DNA of 62,134 nt from a virus, in the IMG/VR virus record IMGVR_UViG_3300045988_174550. The stretch is one strand, 5' to 3'. How positions within the stretch are numbered: the stretch's first letter is position 1; each line of letters starts with the position of its first letter. A program made the translations under genes and the position numbers. Below, one piece after another: positions 18,185 to 27,552 of the stretch. A model generated the notes under the pieces. That model made no database searches, had not been told where the DNA came from, and saw nothing but the letters and a program-made list of their open reading frames with translations.

Positions 18185-18192
18185 GAGCGAAC

Positions 18193-19158
18193 ATGGACCA
18201 GCAGGCAGTCTCCAAGATTCCGGCGGCATTCAGAACTCCTCCGTACAATCCCAACAAGGTGCGTATGCAGGAACCTGTCGAAGACACGAACGCGAATACT
18301 ACCTCTTCCCCGGCACCTGATGCCGCGTCAACGCCGCAGACGGCCGCCACGCCTGTGGAACCGGCGCAGCAGCCCGTCTATCAGCCTGTACAGCAACCGC
18401 CCGTTCAAGCAACTGTACAGCCTGCCCCTACGCCGTATGTGGACCCTCTGGTCCTCCAGCGGCTTGAAGAAGAACGCCGGGCGCTCGCGGAACGTAACGC
18501 GAAGCAGGAAGAGGCTATCCGCAGTCTGCTTGCTGAACAGGAGCAGATGCGTGCCAATCTGTCCAGCAAGGAAGTGGACGATGTGCTTAAGACCTTGCCG
18601 TTGGACGACCTACAGTCCATCGACAGGGAAGACGCCGAACGAATCGCAAAGGCTGTTCTGAGCGCTACGAAGACGAATCTCGTCGGACGGCTGGAGCAGG
18701 ACCTCGAAGCGCAGCGCAGGCAGATTGCCGAGGAAGCGCAGCGCCGGGAATATGCGCTTTTGCAGCGCGATGTGGACGCGCGCAACAGGGAAATTACTCG
18801 GGTGCATCCCGACTTTTTCGAGTTGCAGAATACGCCTGCCTATCGCGAATTCATGAGCCAGCCGATTGCTCCTCATAGCAACATGACGCGAGATCAATTC
18901 GCAGCCGCCGAGTACAAGCGCGGGAACACTGCGTTTGTTATCGACCTGCTGACCCAATTGAAGCGGCAGACGGCTTCTCCCGAATCCGTCATGACTGTAG
19001 CTCCTATTCAGACTGCCAGCGGCGCGGCGGTCAATACCGAGGCGGACGCTCCCCAGTACACGCTCCGCGACTTGCTCGACCTGTTCCAGACCGGGCAGTT
19101 GACACATGACCAATACCGAGAACAAGTTGCGCGGCTCCGTGCCGCCGGACGCGCATAA
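18193..19158 (+). CDS. Scaffolding protein (putative)
   Basis: SD TAGGAG. Q/P-rich N-terminus, then long charged coiled-coil-like sequence. It sits immediately before the capsid gene. Confidence 0.55.
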   Translation: MDQQAVSKIPAAFRTPPYNPNKVRMQEPVEDTNANTTSSPAPDAASTPQTAATPVEPAQQPVYQPVQQPPVQATVQPAPTPYVDPLVLQRLEEERRALAERNAKQEEAIRSLLAEQEQMRANLSSKEVDDVLKTLPLDDLQSIDREDAERIAKAVLSATKTNLVGRLEQDLEAQRRQIAEEAQRREYALLQRDVDARNREITRVHPDFFELQNTPAYREFMSQPIAPHSNMTRDQFAAAEYKRGNTAFVIDLLTQLKRQTASPESVMTVAPIQTASGAAVNTEADAPQYTLRDLLDLFQTGQLTHDQYREQVARLRAAGRA

Positions 19159-19170
19159 GGAGTAAAACAC

Positions 19171-20127
19171 ATGGCAATTTTCCAGAGCGCGAGCGGTTTT
19201 AACGGGATGGAAGCGTCCCCGCTTGCTCGCGTCGAGTACAGCGACAAGATCATTTCCAAGGTTTATGAAGAGGACTGGCTGCCTCGCATCACCAACACCG
19301 AGCTCATCGCTCCTGTCATGGAATGTGCACAGAAAATCCAGATCATGCACGCTCCCGAAGTCGGCCCCATGCGCTCGTATCAGAAGAACCAGCAGCTTGT
19401 GCCGAATACCGTGGGCACTACGGCGCGTTGCCTGACCATCTGTAACGCCGCATATCAGGACATCAAGTTCGATATCACGGACGTCAAACAGGCGTGCGAC
19501 CGTTGGCCGGCCTATGAGGAAAAACTCCTCGAATCCATGTATCAGTCCACGGTGACGACGTTGCGCCGTTTCGTTCTGGGCCGCATGATTGCGCAGGTAT
19601 CTCCGAAGACTTCGCTGACCGGCGCAGGGCTGAACCATGACATCAACCTCGGCCAGCCCGGGGCTCCTGTGCATGTGACGCCGGAGAATCTTGTCATCCA
19701 TCTCGGCAACCTTCAGCGTGCGCTTATCGAGCAGAACCGTTGGGACGACGGCGAGATGTTCATCATCGTGCCGCCCATCCTGCGCACCTATCTCGCCATG
19801 AGCCCGTATTCCAATGCCGACTGGTCGTGCAAATGCGGCAGTATCATTTCCGGTATGTGGGACCATGACCTCTTCGGCTTTACGCCTATCGAGTCCATCC
19901 ATGTACCGGTACGTATGGACGCTTCCGGCGCTCTGAGCTTCTACATTCTTGCGGGCAGCAAGAAGGCCACGGCCTACGCTTCCAACATCATCGAATCCCG
20001 TCTCGTTACGACTGACCCCAACACCTTCGGCGTGCGGTACCAGTACCTCCTCGTCTGGGGCGCGGAAGTCATCTACGATGACGCCATCGCGATGGCATAC
20101 TGGACCTTCGACCCCCTGACCAACTAA
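19171..20127 (+). CDS. Major capsid protein (putative)
   Basis: Strong SD TAAGGAG. 318 aa, after the scaffold. Called by position. Confidence 0.65.
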   Translation: MAIFQSASGFNGMEASPLARVEYSDKIISKVYEEDWLPRITNTELIAPVMECAQKIQIMHAPEVGPMRSYQKNQQLVPNTVGTTARCLTICNAAYQDIKFDITDVKQACDRWPAYEEKLLESMYQSTVTTLRRFVLGRMIAQVSPKTSLTGAGLNHDINLGQPGAPVHVTPENLVIHLGNLQRALIEQNRWDDGEMFIIVPPILRTYLAMSPYSNADWSCKCGSIISGMWDHDLFGFTPIESIHVPVRMDASGALSFYILAGSKKATAYASNIIESRLVTTDPNTFGVRYQYLLVWGAEVIYDDAIAMAYWTFDPLTN

Positions 20128-20139
20128 GGAGAAACCACA

Positions 20140-20880
20140 ATGGCTGAAATTTTCATGTTCCGGGGCGGCACTCCCGATTTTAAAGCGTATCATTGCGAGG
20201 GCGATTACGCTCGCTATATGGAGCCTGTCGACGGCCCTCGCATGGATGCCACGCCTCCGTTCAATTCCCATGCGTGCGGCGCTTTCGGGCAGGGCTGGCT
20301 GAACCTGCATTACCCCCTCGTGCCGAACCTTTTCGATACCGATGCCCACAAATTCATGCAGGACATGCTGAAGGAAGTGAAGGGCGTCGGGGATCTGCTG
20401 CTTACGAACTGGGTTCCGACCCGTTCCTATGTGGACTCCATCTATTTCGAAGTGACCAAGACCGACTCTCTGCTGGACGGTGTGTACATCACGCCTGTGG
20501 CCGTGCGCGGTGCGTGGGATTTCACCGAGAACAAGATGAAGTATACCGCGATTGCCGAGCACTCCGCCGAGCTTCAGGCCGCAGGCATTACGCAGTTCCC
20601 GCTTGGCACCCCGAAAGAAAGTGATGTCATCTACGGCATGGCCAAGCTGAACTCCGACTTCACCAAGCTTCCGCCCACTTTCGGCCACAACATTGCCAAG
20701 CGCGATGCGAATACCGAGCAGCCCACGGGTCCCTACGACTCGGCTTTCGGTACCGTATTCCTTGCGTACAAGATTACCGCCGGGTCGACCGAAGCCATCA
20801 AGAACATCTGGAAGTCGAACATCGAAGTCTACATGTCCGCCAAGCTTGTGGCGTTTGACGGCTCTTCGCAGATCGGCTAA
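20140..20880 (+). CDS. Virion protein (possible capsid accessory/decoration)
   Basis: Strong SD TAAGGAGA, 246 aa, directly after the capsid gene. Confidence 0.5.
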   Translation: MAEIFMFRGGTPDFKAYHCEGDYARYMEPVDGPRMDATPPFNSHACGAFGQGWLNLHYPLVPNLFDTDAHKFMQDMLKEVKGVGDLLLTNWVPTRSYVDSIYFEVTKTDSLLDGVYITPVAVRGAWDFTENKMKYTAIAEHSAELQAAGITQFPLGTPKESDVIYGMAKLNSDFTKLPPTFGHNIAKRDANTEQPTGPYDSAFGTVFLAYKITAGSTEAIKNIWKSNIEVYMSAKLVAFDGSSQIG

Positions 20881-20892
20881 AGGAGGCGTATT

Positions 20893-21114
20893 ATGGCAAC
20901 GACTATCACGGGTCCCGTATCCAAGAATGCCGGGCCTCCGAGTCAGAAGTTCCCCATCAAGGAAAAGCTGTCTTTCCCTTCCGGACCCACCACACCGGCG
21001 AGCAACGGGTCCAACGCGCTGCGCGGCGCGATTATGCGGATGAAGGTTAATCCTTCCGGCGGCCCCACATCCAACATTGAAGGGGTGCTGACGAAGGCCC
21101 CCAAGAAGAAGTAA
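20893..21114 (+). CDS. Hypothetical small protein
   Basis: SD AAAGGAGG, 73 aa. Confidence 0.5.
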   Translation: MATTITGPVSKNAGPPSQKFPIKEKLSFPSGPTTPASNGSNALRGAIMRMKVNPSGGPTSNIEGVLTKAPKKK

Positions 21115-21135
21115 GCAAACCAAAGGAGCGTTGGT

Positions 21136-21594
21136 ATGAGCAATTCCCCGGAACGTGTTTTCGATTTCGACGATGCGGAACATCGGAATCAGTATCTTCG
21201 GTCTCTCGGGGCCGAGAATATCCTGCCGCCGTTGCCTCGGTCGAAGTATGTGAAGATTAAGGCATCCGGTCGTATCCTGCCTTGGGACCAGCTGCTGGCG
21301 GAACAGCCCACGCTTGTGGAGTGCTGTGACGTGAACGGCAATACTGACCCTTCTGCATGGATGCCTGATGTCGAACCCGGGGAACTTTCGGACGAAGAGC
21401 AGCGGCTTCTCGTCCTGAAGGCGCAAGCACAACTTTTTGCCGACGCCGACAAGATGTCGGGCGGGTTCAACAGCGGCATTATGGATGAAGAGGTCAAACC
21501 TCAACCTGTGGAATATCAGGATGGGGCTGTCCCTCTTGCCGAGATTGCCAAGCTCAAGAACTCGCTCGACGCTTTAGCTGCCGCTTTGGAGTAG
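21136..21594 (+). CDS. Hypothetical acidic protein
   Basis: SD AAAGGAG, 152 aa. Confidence 0.55.
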   Translation: MSNSPERVFDFDDAEHRNQYLRSLGAENILPPLPRSKYVKIKASGRILPWDQLLAEQPTLVECCDVNGNTDPSAWMPDVEPGELSDEEQRLLVLKAQAQLFADADKMSGGFNSGIMDEEVKPQPVEYQDGAVPLAEIAKLKNSLDALAAALE

Positions 21595-21597
21595 GTC

Positions 21598-22296
21598 ATG
21601 GCCGTCATTGCCGATATCATCCGTGAAGTCTCTCTCGATCTGAACGATCAAGAACCGGGCCATGAGTATGTTCGATGGCCTTTCGTGCAGTTGCATTCGT
21701 ATCTGCGCGAGGGGCTTATCGATGTTTCTTACCGGTTGAAGGACCTGTTCACATCGAGTGTCGTCATCGAAGTGGAATCGGGTGAGTATTGGCAGAAGGC
21801 GTGTACTTGCACCAAGGTGCTTCGTGTTGTTGGACTATCCACATCGCAAGGCCGCATCACGCGGCGTTTGCGGAGATATCTGGACACGGATGAATTCATA
21901 TGGGTGGGGGCTCCCGAAGCCCCCTGCCCTGTGCAGCGGGGCAAGGATTATCTGCCGCATGGATATTCCATCAATGCGGAGGATCATTCGCGTTTCCGGC
22001 TTATCCCTCCGGTGCCGTATGGCGAGAAGCGGCATGTGGTTATAGAATGTTACCGGCAGCCAACAGGCAATGACAAGCATTCCAGTGTGCCGGACGAGAT
22101 TGTTCCCATGTTGAAGCAATGGATGCTTTACCGCGCCATGATGGTGGATTCCGAGAACAATGCGGCCATCGTGTCCGTCGGCAAGCAGCATCAAGAAACG
22201 TACTTCCAGTTGCTCAAGCTCGCCCTTGCGGACCGGGAGGAAGAGGATAAGCAAAATGCTGATTTACGAACCCTACAAAAAGGTTCCTCTCAGTGA
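21598..22296 (+). CDS. Virion/head-tail joining candidate
   Basis: 232-aa ORF in the morphogenesis operon. No motif seen. Confidence 0.5.
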   Translation: MAVIADIIREVSLDLNDQEPGHEYVRWPFVQLHSYLREGLIDVSYRLKDLFTSSVVIEVESGEYWQKACTCTKVLRVVGLSTSQGRITRRLRRYLDTDEFIWVGAPEAPCPVQRGKDYLPHGYSINAEDHSRFRLIPPVPYGEKRHVVIECYRQPTGNDKHSSVPDEIVPMLKQWMLYRAMMVDSENNAAIVSVGKQHQETYFQLLKLALADREEEDKQNADLRTLQKGSSQ

Positions 22297-22906
22297 TTTC
22301 GTGAACGAGCTCCGGTTTGAATTTCCTAATGTACCGGACGATATTTTTTTCCATCATATCAGAAAGACGGCGAACACGGCGGCCCGGCAGGGGTCCTTGA
22401 TTCGCCGTTTTGCTTTACTGCATCCCGAATCTTGTGTGACGCGATACAGGCTCGAGTCTCCTGACGGGGAAGAAATATGCGCTATCCTTGGCATCTACGA
22501 AGAGGATTGTTGTCATGGCGTACGTGGCGTCACACGAAGCTATGTACCGCCGGAACAGGGATGCCTGCGTGCGTGCGGACGGAAGGTGGCGTGGTATGAC
22601 GACGTAGAGGAAGTGTTGCACATTGACCCGGGGCATTGCGGCAGCCAGTTCCACATCGCACTTGCCGTAGCGCCAGACATGGCGGCATGTGAATTGCCGA
22701 AATCATTTTTCGACAGGCATTTTGAATTGTTGCTAACAGGTGCGAAATCCGGCATAATGCTCATGTCCGGCAGGCCGTGGTCGAATCTTCGTCTCGGTGC
22801 CGAGTATTATCAGACGTTTAAGCATATGCTCCGCGATGCCGCAGTCTCGGTGGCCAAGCACAAGATGCAAGGCGCAATCAAGATGAATTTCGGGAAGGGA
22901 TTATGA
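22256..22906 (+). CDS. Hypothetical virion protein
   Basis: First ATG (22256) of the frame. It overlaps the upstream gene by 41 nt. Confidence 0.5.
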   Translation: MLIYEPYKKVPLSDFVNELRFEFPNVPDDIFFHHIRKTANTAARQGSLIRRFALLHPESCVTRYRLESPDGEEICAILGIYEEDCCHGVRGVTRSYVPPEQGCLRACGRKVAWYDDVEEVLHIDPGHCGSQFHIALAVAPDMAACELPKSFFDRHFELLLTGAKSGIMLMSGRPWSNLRLGAEYYQTFKHMLRDAAVSVAKHKMQGAIKMNFGKGL

Positions 22907-24396
22907 GTGACGATGCCTATTGTGTTCCTCGGCATGTACCTACATGTGACCAAGTAATCGAGGCCGAACAGACCAAAGCACCGTGCCCGACATGGCGTTT
23001 CTGCCTTCCGTGGGGCGGGTCGCTTGCGCAGAACTCTGGCGGGTGCGTAGAGTACACGTCTCCTCGTCTTGTAGATATTCCCGAAGACGGCATCTACGAT
23101 AAGATTATTATCGCTGACGGCTGTATCGTCGGAGTCGAGAAGGCGGGTATTCCGGTTTACCAAGCGTCTCCGTGTGCGCCTGTGCCGACGGATTGTGAAG
23201 GTGGGGATGGCGGCGGGATTAATCCGTCTCCGATGGGCTGCAATATTCTCCGTGTAGACGCCAATGGGCGGCCTTATGTGTGTGTCAGCATACAGGGCGA
23301 GAATGGTATCGACGTGTCCGGTACCGGCACGCCGGAAGACCCTATTATTATCACGGGCAATGGTGGCGGCGGTGGCGGCGGTGGCGAGCGTGTGTACGTG
23401 CAGGCAGGCAATGACGGCATCAGTGTGACTGGTGACGGCCCTCGAGCCAATCCCTACCGTGTTTCGCATAAGGAATCGGCTGCGGGTATTCAGACGGCAA
23501 TGGGGCTTTCCATTGATCGTTATGGCCACATCGTCGGGTACACGGATGACGGGAACAAGGGGCTTCAGGCTATTCTTCCCGGAGAAGGCATTAATGTCGA
23601 GAATGACCCACAGAAAGGCACAGCGACTGTGTCTCTGGCTCCTGTGCTAGGCATTACGCCGGGAGAACATCGGGTAGCCAACTGGGTCATTACAGTCGAC
23701 GAGTACGGGCGTGTGACGTCCTTGCGCAAGGAATGGACCGTCACGCCCCATACATTCCGTGTGGACTGTGTAGATTATACAGTCAATCAGGATGGGCTTA
23801 TCTCGAGTATTCGCGACCTTCCGGCGGACGAATGTTCATCTGGTGGCGGGTATACGGATTTGAAAGGCCATCTGGTCCGTTTCATTTCGGCCATAGACTG
23901 GAATGGCGGGGCATATAATGGCGCGACGGTGCACAAGGGTACGAGCGTGGTGTCGTTCACAGGCTTCAGTTCTGATGGTACTACTTTGGAAAAGGAGTAT
24001 GATAACATAGAATTGGGTCCTACAGAAGCGGACCAGTTCCTAGGTAATGCCAATTACTATGACATCAACTTCACTATGGCGGAGTCTTCGGCTTTGTTCT
24101 TCCGTTTTTGGGGGTATAGTGGCTGGACTTCGACAGGAGGTGCAGAAAACCCGACCCCATTCCATACGTACACCCGATGGATTGCCGATTTGGATGGTGC
24201 ACGTATTGTCGACAGCAAAGAAACGGTTCCGGGCACATGCGTCATGGTTCGGACCAGAGACGTTTATAGTGCCGGACAGCATACCTTACGTATCTATCCG
24301 CGCATACATTCTCCTCAGGCTGCGATAGTGGAAGAACCTCAACTTACTGTGCCTACAGGGATCGTCGAAATTATGACTACTGCCCTGCGAGGTTAG
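22903..24396 (+). CDS. Cys-rich virion/tail protein with a poly-Gly8 linker
   Basis: ATGA overlap, 497 aa, GNGGGGGGGGE tract. Confidence 0.55.
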   Translation: MSDDAYCVPRHVPTCDQVIEAEQTKAPCPTWRFCLPWGGSLAQNSGGCVEYTSPRLVDIPEDGIYDKIIIADGCIVGVEKAGIPVYQASPCAPVPTDCEGGDGGGINPSPMGCNILRVDANGRPYVCVSIQGENGIDVSGTGTPEDPIIITGNGGGGGGGGERVYVQAGNDGISVTGDGPRANPYRVSHKESAAGIQTAMGLSIDRYGHIVGYTDDGNKGLQAILPGEGINVENDPQKGTATVSLAPVLGITPGEHRVANWVITVDEYGRVTSLRKEWTVTPHTFRVDCVDYTVNQDGLISSIRDLPADECSSGGGYTDLKGHLVRFISAIDWNGGAYNGATVHKGTSVVSFTGFSSDGTTLEKEYDNIELGPTEADQFLGNANYYDINFTMAESSALFFRFWGYSGWTSTGGAENPTPFHTYTRWIADLDGARIVDSKETVPGTCVMVRTRDVYSAGQHTLRIYPRIHSPQAAIVEEPQLTVPTGIVEIMTTALRG

Positions 24397-24399
24397 ATT

Positions 24400-26094
24400 A
24401 TGCGTGTAACCCTCAGTAATTTTTGCGGTATCATTCCACGCTATTCGCGGCATAATCTTGGTGCGCTCAATGCCGAGATTGCGCATGATGTGAAGCTCCG
24501 CAATGGGCGGCTGGAAGCGTGGCGCGAGAAGTGCGTGTTCGAAAACAGTCAGACCAACAGTGCGTTGAAGACAGCGGGGACCTTTCATATCTACGGCTGC
24601 TGTCCTGTATACTGGCCGTCGCCGTCGGTTGTGTCTGTTGCCGAATTCGCGCCCGACTGGGGGAGGTTCTATGTGACCGGGCGTAGCGCCGATGCGGAAG
24701 TCGCTGTCGTAAACCGGAAGTGTCAAGCGGTATATCAGCTCCTTGGTGTCCCGGCTCCGACGACGCCGCCGGTGGCGACAGCAGCCGAGGAGTGTGATCG
24801 CCGTACGGACGCGCGCGCTTATTATTATACCTACGTAAATCAGTGGGGAGAGGAATCCGCCCCCTCTCCAGCCAGTAATATTGTTGTGGTCAGGGACGGC
24901 GTGTCGGTACAGGTTTCCGGCATTGCGTTGCCGCCGGAAGGGTATGGCATCATCGCAGCCAATCTGTATCGCGCGGCGACCGGTTTTCGTCAGGATGACG
25001 TGAAGACTCAAAAGCCTTTGACTGATTTCCTGTACGTCACGACGATTGAATTTCCCACAACGTCATTCACAGATACCGTGAAGATGATTGGGCTCGGGCC
25101 TGTATGCGAAACGCAGAAAGTCCGTATGCCGCCGAAGGGGTTGCAGAATATCGTCGCTATCGGCGGAGTGAACAGACTGGCCGGGACAGTGAAGAACCGG
25201 GTCCACCTCTCGGAAAATCATCAGCCGTACAACTGGCCTGTGAAGTATGACCTGACGCTCGACCACACCATCATCCATATGGGTGCACTTGACCAGCGGC
25301 TTTACGTTACGACTGATGCCGTCCCATATGTCATCGATGTTTCCAGTTGCGAAGATGCAAAGTGCACTCCGGTTATCGACGTTGATACGCCTCTTCCGGA
25401 TATCAGTTGTGGGCATTCAAGCTCTGCCGTGATGACGCCGCATGGCTATGTCTACGTCTCTCCGCTCGGAGTGACACTTATTGACTCTTCGGCAAAGTGG
25501 CATATTTTGACGAAGAAGTGGTTCAGCGAAGACGATTGGGCGCTCATCAGGCCGGAGACTGTCCGCATGGCGTATTGGGAAGGGTTCCTTTTCATTGTCT
25601 CGGATACTGTGACGTTTCTTCTCGACATCAATGGGGACCCCTACGGCGATATGAAGGGGGCCGAATTGACGACGCTGTCCGATACGCCTATCGATCTCAA
25701 GACCAGCAGCAACGGGACGCTTTTCATGCTGGAAGACCAGACGCTGTACGTGTGGAATTCCGGGGACGAATTGCGGCCGTACCAATGGTTGAGTCGGGAA
25801 TTGACGGGCGAGCACCATCAGCCGGGCATGGCTGCGGCAACGCCGCAGAGCGGTGCGGCTTTGGGGAATTTGTGGACGCCCACTTCAGCCAAGGTGCGCA
25901 CAAAGGAAACGGAGTTCACGTTGGTGTCGTCTGTCGGTACCGAGGTGTACCGGCGTATGGTTGTGGGCGAGCGACCTTTCCGTCTGCCCCGTGCGGGGCG
26001 TCATCCGTGGTGGCGAGTGCAGTTCAAAGGTATAGAGCCCGTCGAGTTTGCGGACCTCGGCACGTCCTTTTTCACAGTCAACGCAGGAGAGTAG
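24400..26094 (+). CDS. Large tail/virion protein
   Basis: 564-aa ORF. Last structural gene before the lysis cassette. Confidence 0.55.
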   Translation: MRVTLSNFCGIIPRYSRHNLGALNAEIAHDVKLRNGRLEAWREKCVFENSQTNSALKTAGTFHIYGCCPVYWPSPSVVSVAEFAPDWGRFYVTGRSADAEVAVVNRKCQAVYQLLGVPAPTTPPVATAAEECDRRTDARAYYYTYVNQWGEESAPSPASNIVVVRDGVSVQVSGIALPPEGYGIIAANLYRAATGFRQDDVKTQKPLTDFLYVTTIEFPTTSFTDTVKMIGLGPVCETQKVRMPPKGLQNIVAIGGVNRLAGTVKNRVHLSENHQPYNWPVKYDLTLDHTIIHMGALDQRLYVTTDAVPYVIDVSSCEDAKCTPVIDVDTPLPDISCGHSSSAVMTPHGYVYVSPLGVTLIDSSAKWHILTKKWFSEDDWALIRPETVRMAYWEGFLFIVSDTVTFLLDINGDPYGDMKGAELTTLSDTPIDLKTSSNGTLFMLEDQTLYVWNSGDELRPYQWLSRELTGEHHQPGMAAATPQSGAALGNLWTPTSAKVRTKETEFTLVSSVGTEVYRRMVVGERPFRLPRAGRHPWWRVQFKGIEPVEFADLGTSFFTVNAGE

Positions 26095-26096
26095 TT

Positions 26097-26459
26097 GTGA
26101 AATATTTCAATTTATCGGAGTTCGCCTGCAAATGCGGGCATTGCGGAGGCGGGGAAGAGCACATGTCGCTGGAGTTGCTGGAGCGTCTCGACCATGCACG
26201 GGAAGTGGCCGGTATTCCTTTTGTTATTTCGTCTGGTTTCCGTTGTGAAGTACACAATCGGGAAGTCGGAGGCGTACCCGGGTCGGCGCATACAAAAGGG
26301 TTGGCGGTAGACATCCGCTGCAATACTTCGCAGAACCGCTGGAAGATTTTGAAAGGGCTCTTCGCTGCCGGGTTTGAACGTATTGAACTTGCGCCCACAT
26401 GGATTCATGCCGACGTGGATATCACGAAGCCTCGTCCGTCTGCCTTTTATCCGTCATAG
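26097..26459 (+). CDS. Endolysin, peptidase M15 (D-Ala-D-Ala carboxypeptidase-like) family
   Basis: GTG start after AGGAGA. Motifs FxCxCGxC, SGFRCxxHN, GSAHTKGLAVD and WIHADV. Confidence 0.8.
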   Translation: MKYFNLSEFACKCGHCGGGEEHMSLELLERLDHAREVAGIPFVISSGFRCEVHNREVGGVPGSAHTKGLAVDIRCNTSQNRWKILKGLFAAGFERIELAPTWIHADVDITKPRPSAFYPS

Positions 26460-26468
26460 GAGGCCACC

Positions 26469-26774
26469 ATGTCGTTCTGGAGTGCGGTGCCATTCATCGG
26501 CACGCTATTAGATAAGATCGGCAAGTTTCTGCCTGACAAGCAAAAGCTTTCCGAGGCGCAGGCCAAGATAAACGAACAGGAAATTGCAGGAGCCCCCGCT
26601 TCCCGCCTGCGGCTCTGGCGAAGCTTTCTCGGATGGATACTCGCCCTGTGCTTCGTATGGGAAGTCCCTGTACGATTGCTCATTACTACCTACTTTCCCG
26701 ATGTCAAATTGCCGCCGCCCATGCTGGATGAAGTCTCGCGTCTTCTTTTCATTATGCTTGGATGGGGAGGATAA
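26469..26774 (+). CDS. Holin (resembles the 3-TM DUF3154/GTA-type holin)
   Basis: SD TAGGAGG. Hydrophobic segments. It sits directly after the endolysin. Confidence 0.6.
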   Translation: MSFWSAVPFIGTLLDKIGKFLPDKQKLSEAQAKINEQEIAGAPASRLRLWRSFLGWILALCFVWEVPVRLLITTYFPDVKLPPPMLDEVSRLLFIMLGWGG

Positions 26775-26775
26775 C

Positions 26776-27018
26776 ATGGACGAGGCAGCAAACAACGTAT
26801 CGCGCCACGAACTTGAAATATCACAGACTGTCGCGCGGCTGGAAGTAAAATTTGATATGCTGAGCGCCCAGATAGATTCTGTGGTAAACTCTCGGCTGGT
26901 GCATCTTGAAGAGCGTATCACGAAAATGGAGCGACAGTCGCTCTATATGACCGGGTGGGTCGCTGGTGTCGCCTGTATGGTGTCGGCGCTAGTGACATGG
27001 TTCCAACGATACTTTTAA
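26776..27018 (+). CDS. Lysis-associated membrane protein (coiled N-terminus, C-terminal TM)
   Basis: SD GGGGAGGA before ATG 26776. 80 aa, with the hydrophobic segment YMTGWVAGVACMVSALVTWF. Confidence 0.5.
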   Translation: MDEAANNVSRHELEISQTVARLEVKFDMLSAQIDSVVNSRLVHLEERITKMERQSLYMTGWVAGVACMVSALVTWFQRYF

Positions 27019-27029
27019 AGGAGTACATC

Positions 27030-27155
27030 ATGCCGAAGCGAGCAGCCAAGAAAGGCAAGGCCCCGAATGATTTTCTGAAAAAGGGCAAGGATGAACAGCG
27101 GCCGCTGCCTTTCCAGAAGAAGGGCGATGACAAGAAAACCGGCAAAAAGAAATAG
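27030..27155 (+). CDS. Very basic 41-aa peptide (MPKRAAKKGKAPNDFLKKGKDEQRPLPFQKKGDDKKTGKKK)
   Basis: SD AAAGGAG before ATG 27030. Confidence 0.4.
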   Translation: MPKRAAKKGKAPNDFLKKGKDEQRPLPFQKKGDDKKTGKKK

Positions 27156-27163
27156 AGTCTGCC

Positions 27164-27307
27164 ATGCCACTGCCCACACCAAAGAAGGGAGAGACAAGAT
27201 AGGCGTTCGTCGAGCGCTTCATGAAGTCGAATGCGGCCAAGGAATTTCCCACACAAAAACAGCGGCTCGCGGTAGCCTATCAACAATACCGCGGCAAAAA
27301 GAAATAA
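27164..27307 (+). pseudogene. Conserved small phage gene interrupted by an in-frame TAG (27200-27202)
   Basis: It reads MPLPTPKKGETR*AFVERFMKSNAAKEFPTQKQRLAVAYQQYRGKKK. The pattern P.P..GE....F..R.M......EFP...QR.AV is one I recall from many phages as a single uninterrupted ORF. Confidence 0.5.
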
Positions 27308-27312
27308 GCGAA

Positions 27313-27350
27313 CCCCCGACAATCACGAAACGGATTGTCGGGGGTTTGTT
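27313..27350 (+). terminator. Rho-independent terminator ending the late/lysis transcript
   Basis: 12-bp perfect stem CCCCCGACAATC / GATTGTCGGGGG with an 8-nt loop, then TTTGTT. Confidence 0.8.
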
Positions 27351-27432
27351 GATGGCGGGGGCCATCTAGGAAAGTGGAGATAGGGTGGGTAAGAAAAATA
27401 TAGTGCAGATGTGAATCGGTGTCAAATGGAAA

Positions 27433-27474
27433 CCCTCCTCTTCCTTGACGGTCGAGGAGGGCTTGTGCTAGATA
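27433..27474 (+). promoter_or_regulatory. Sigma70-like promoter embraced by an inverted repeat, upstream of the Rha gene
   Basis: TTGACG (27445-27450), 18-nt spacer, TAGATA (27469-27474). The inverted repeat CCCTCCTC / GAGGAGGG flanks the -35. The same architecture is found at 40844-40887. Confidence 0.5.
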
Positions 27475-27552
27475 AAGGTTACTACACCAACTGATCTAGC
27501 GGGAGCGATGGTCCATGTTGCATTCAGCAATTTCAACCATACAGGAGTTCTT

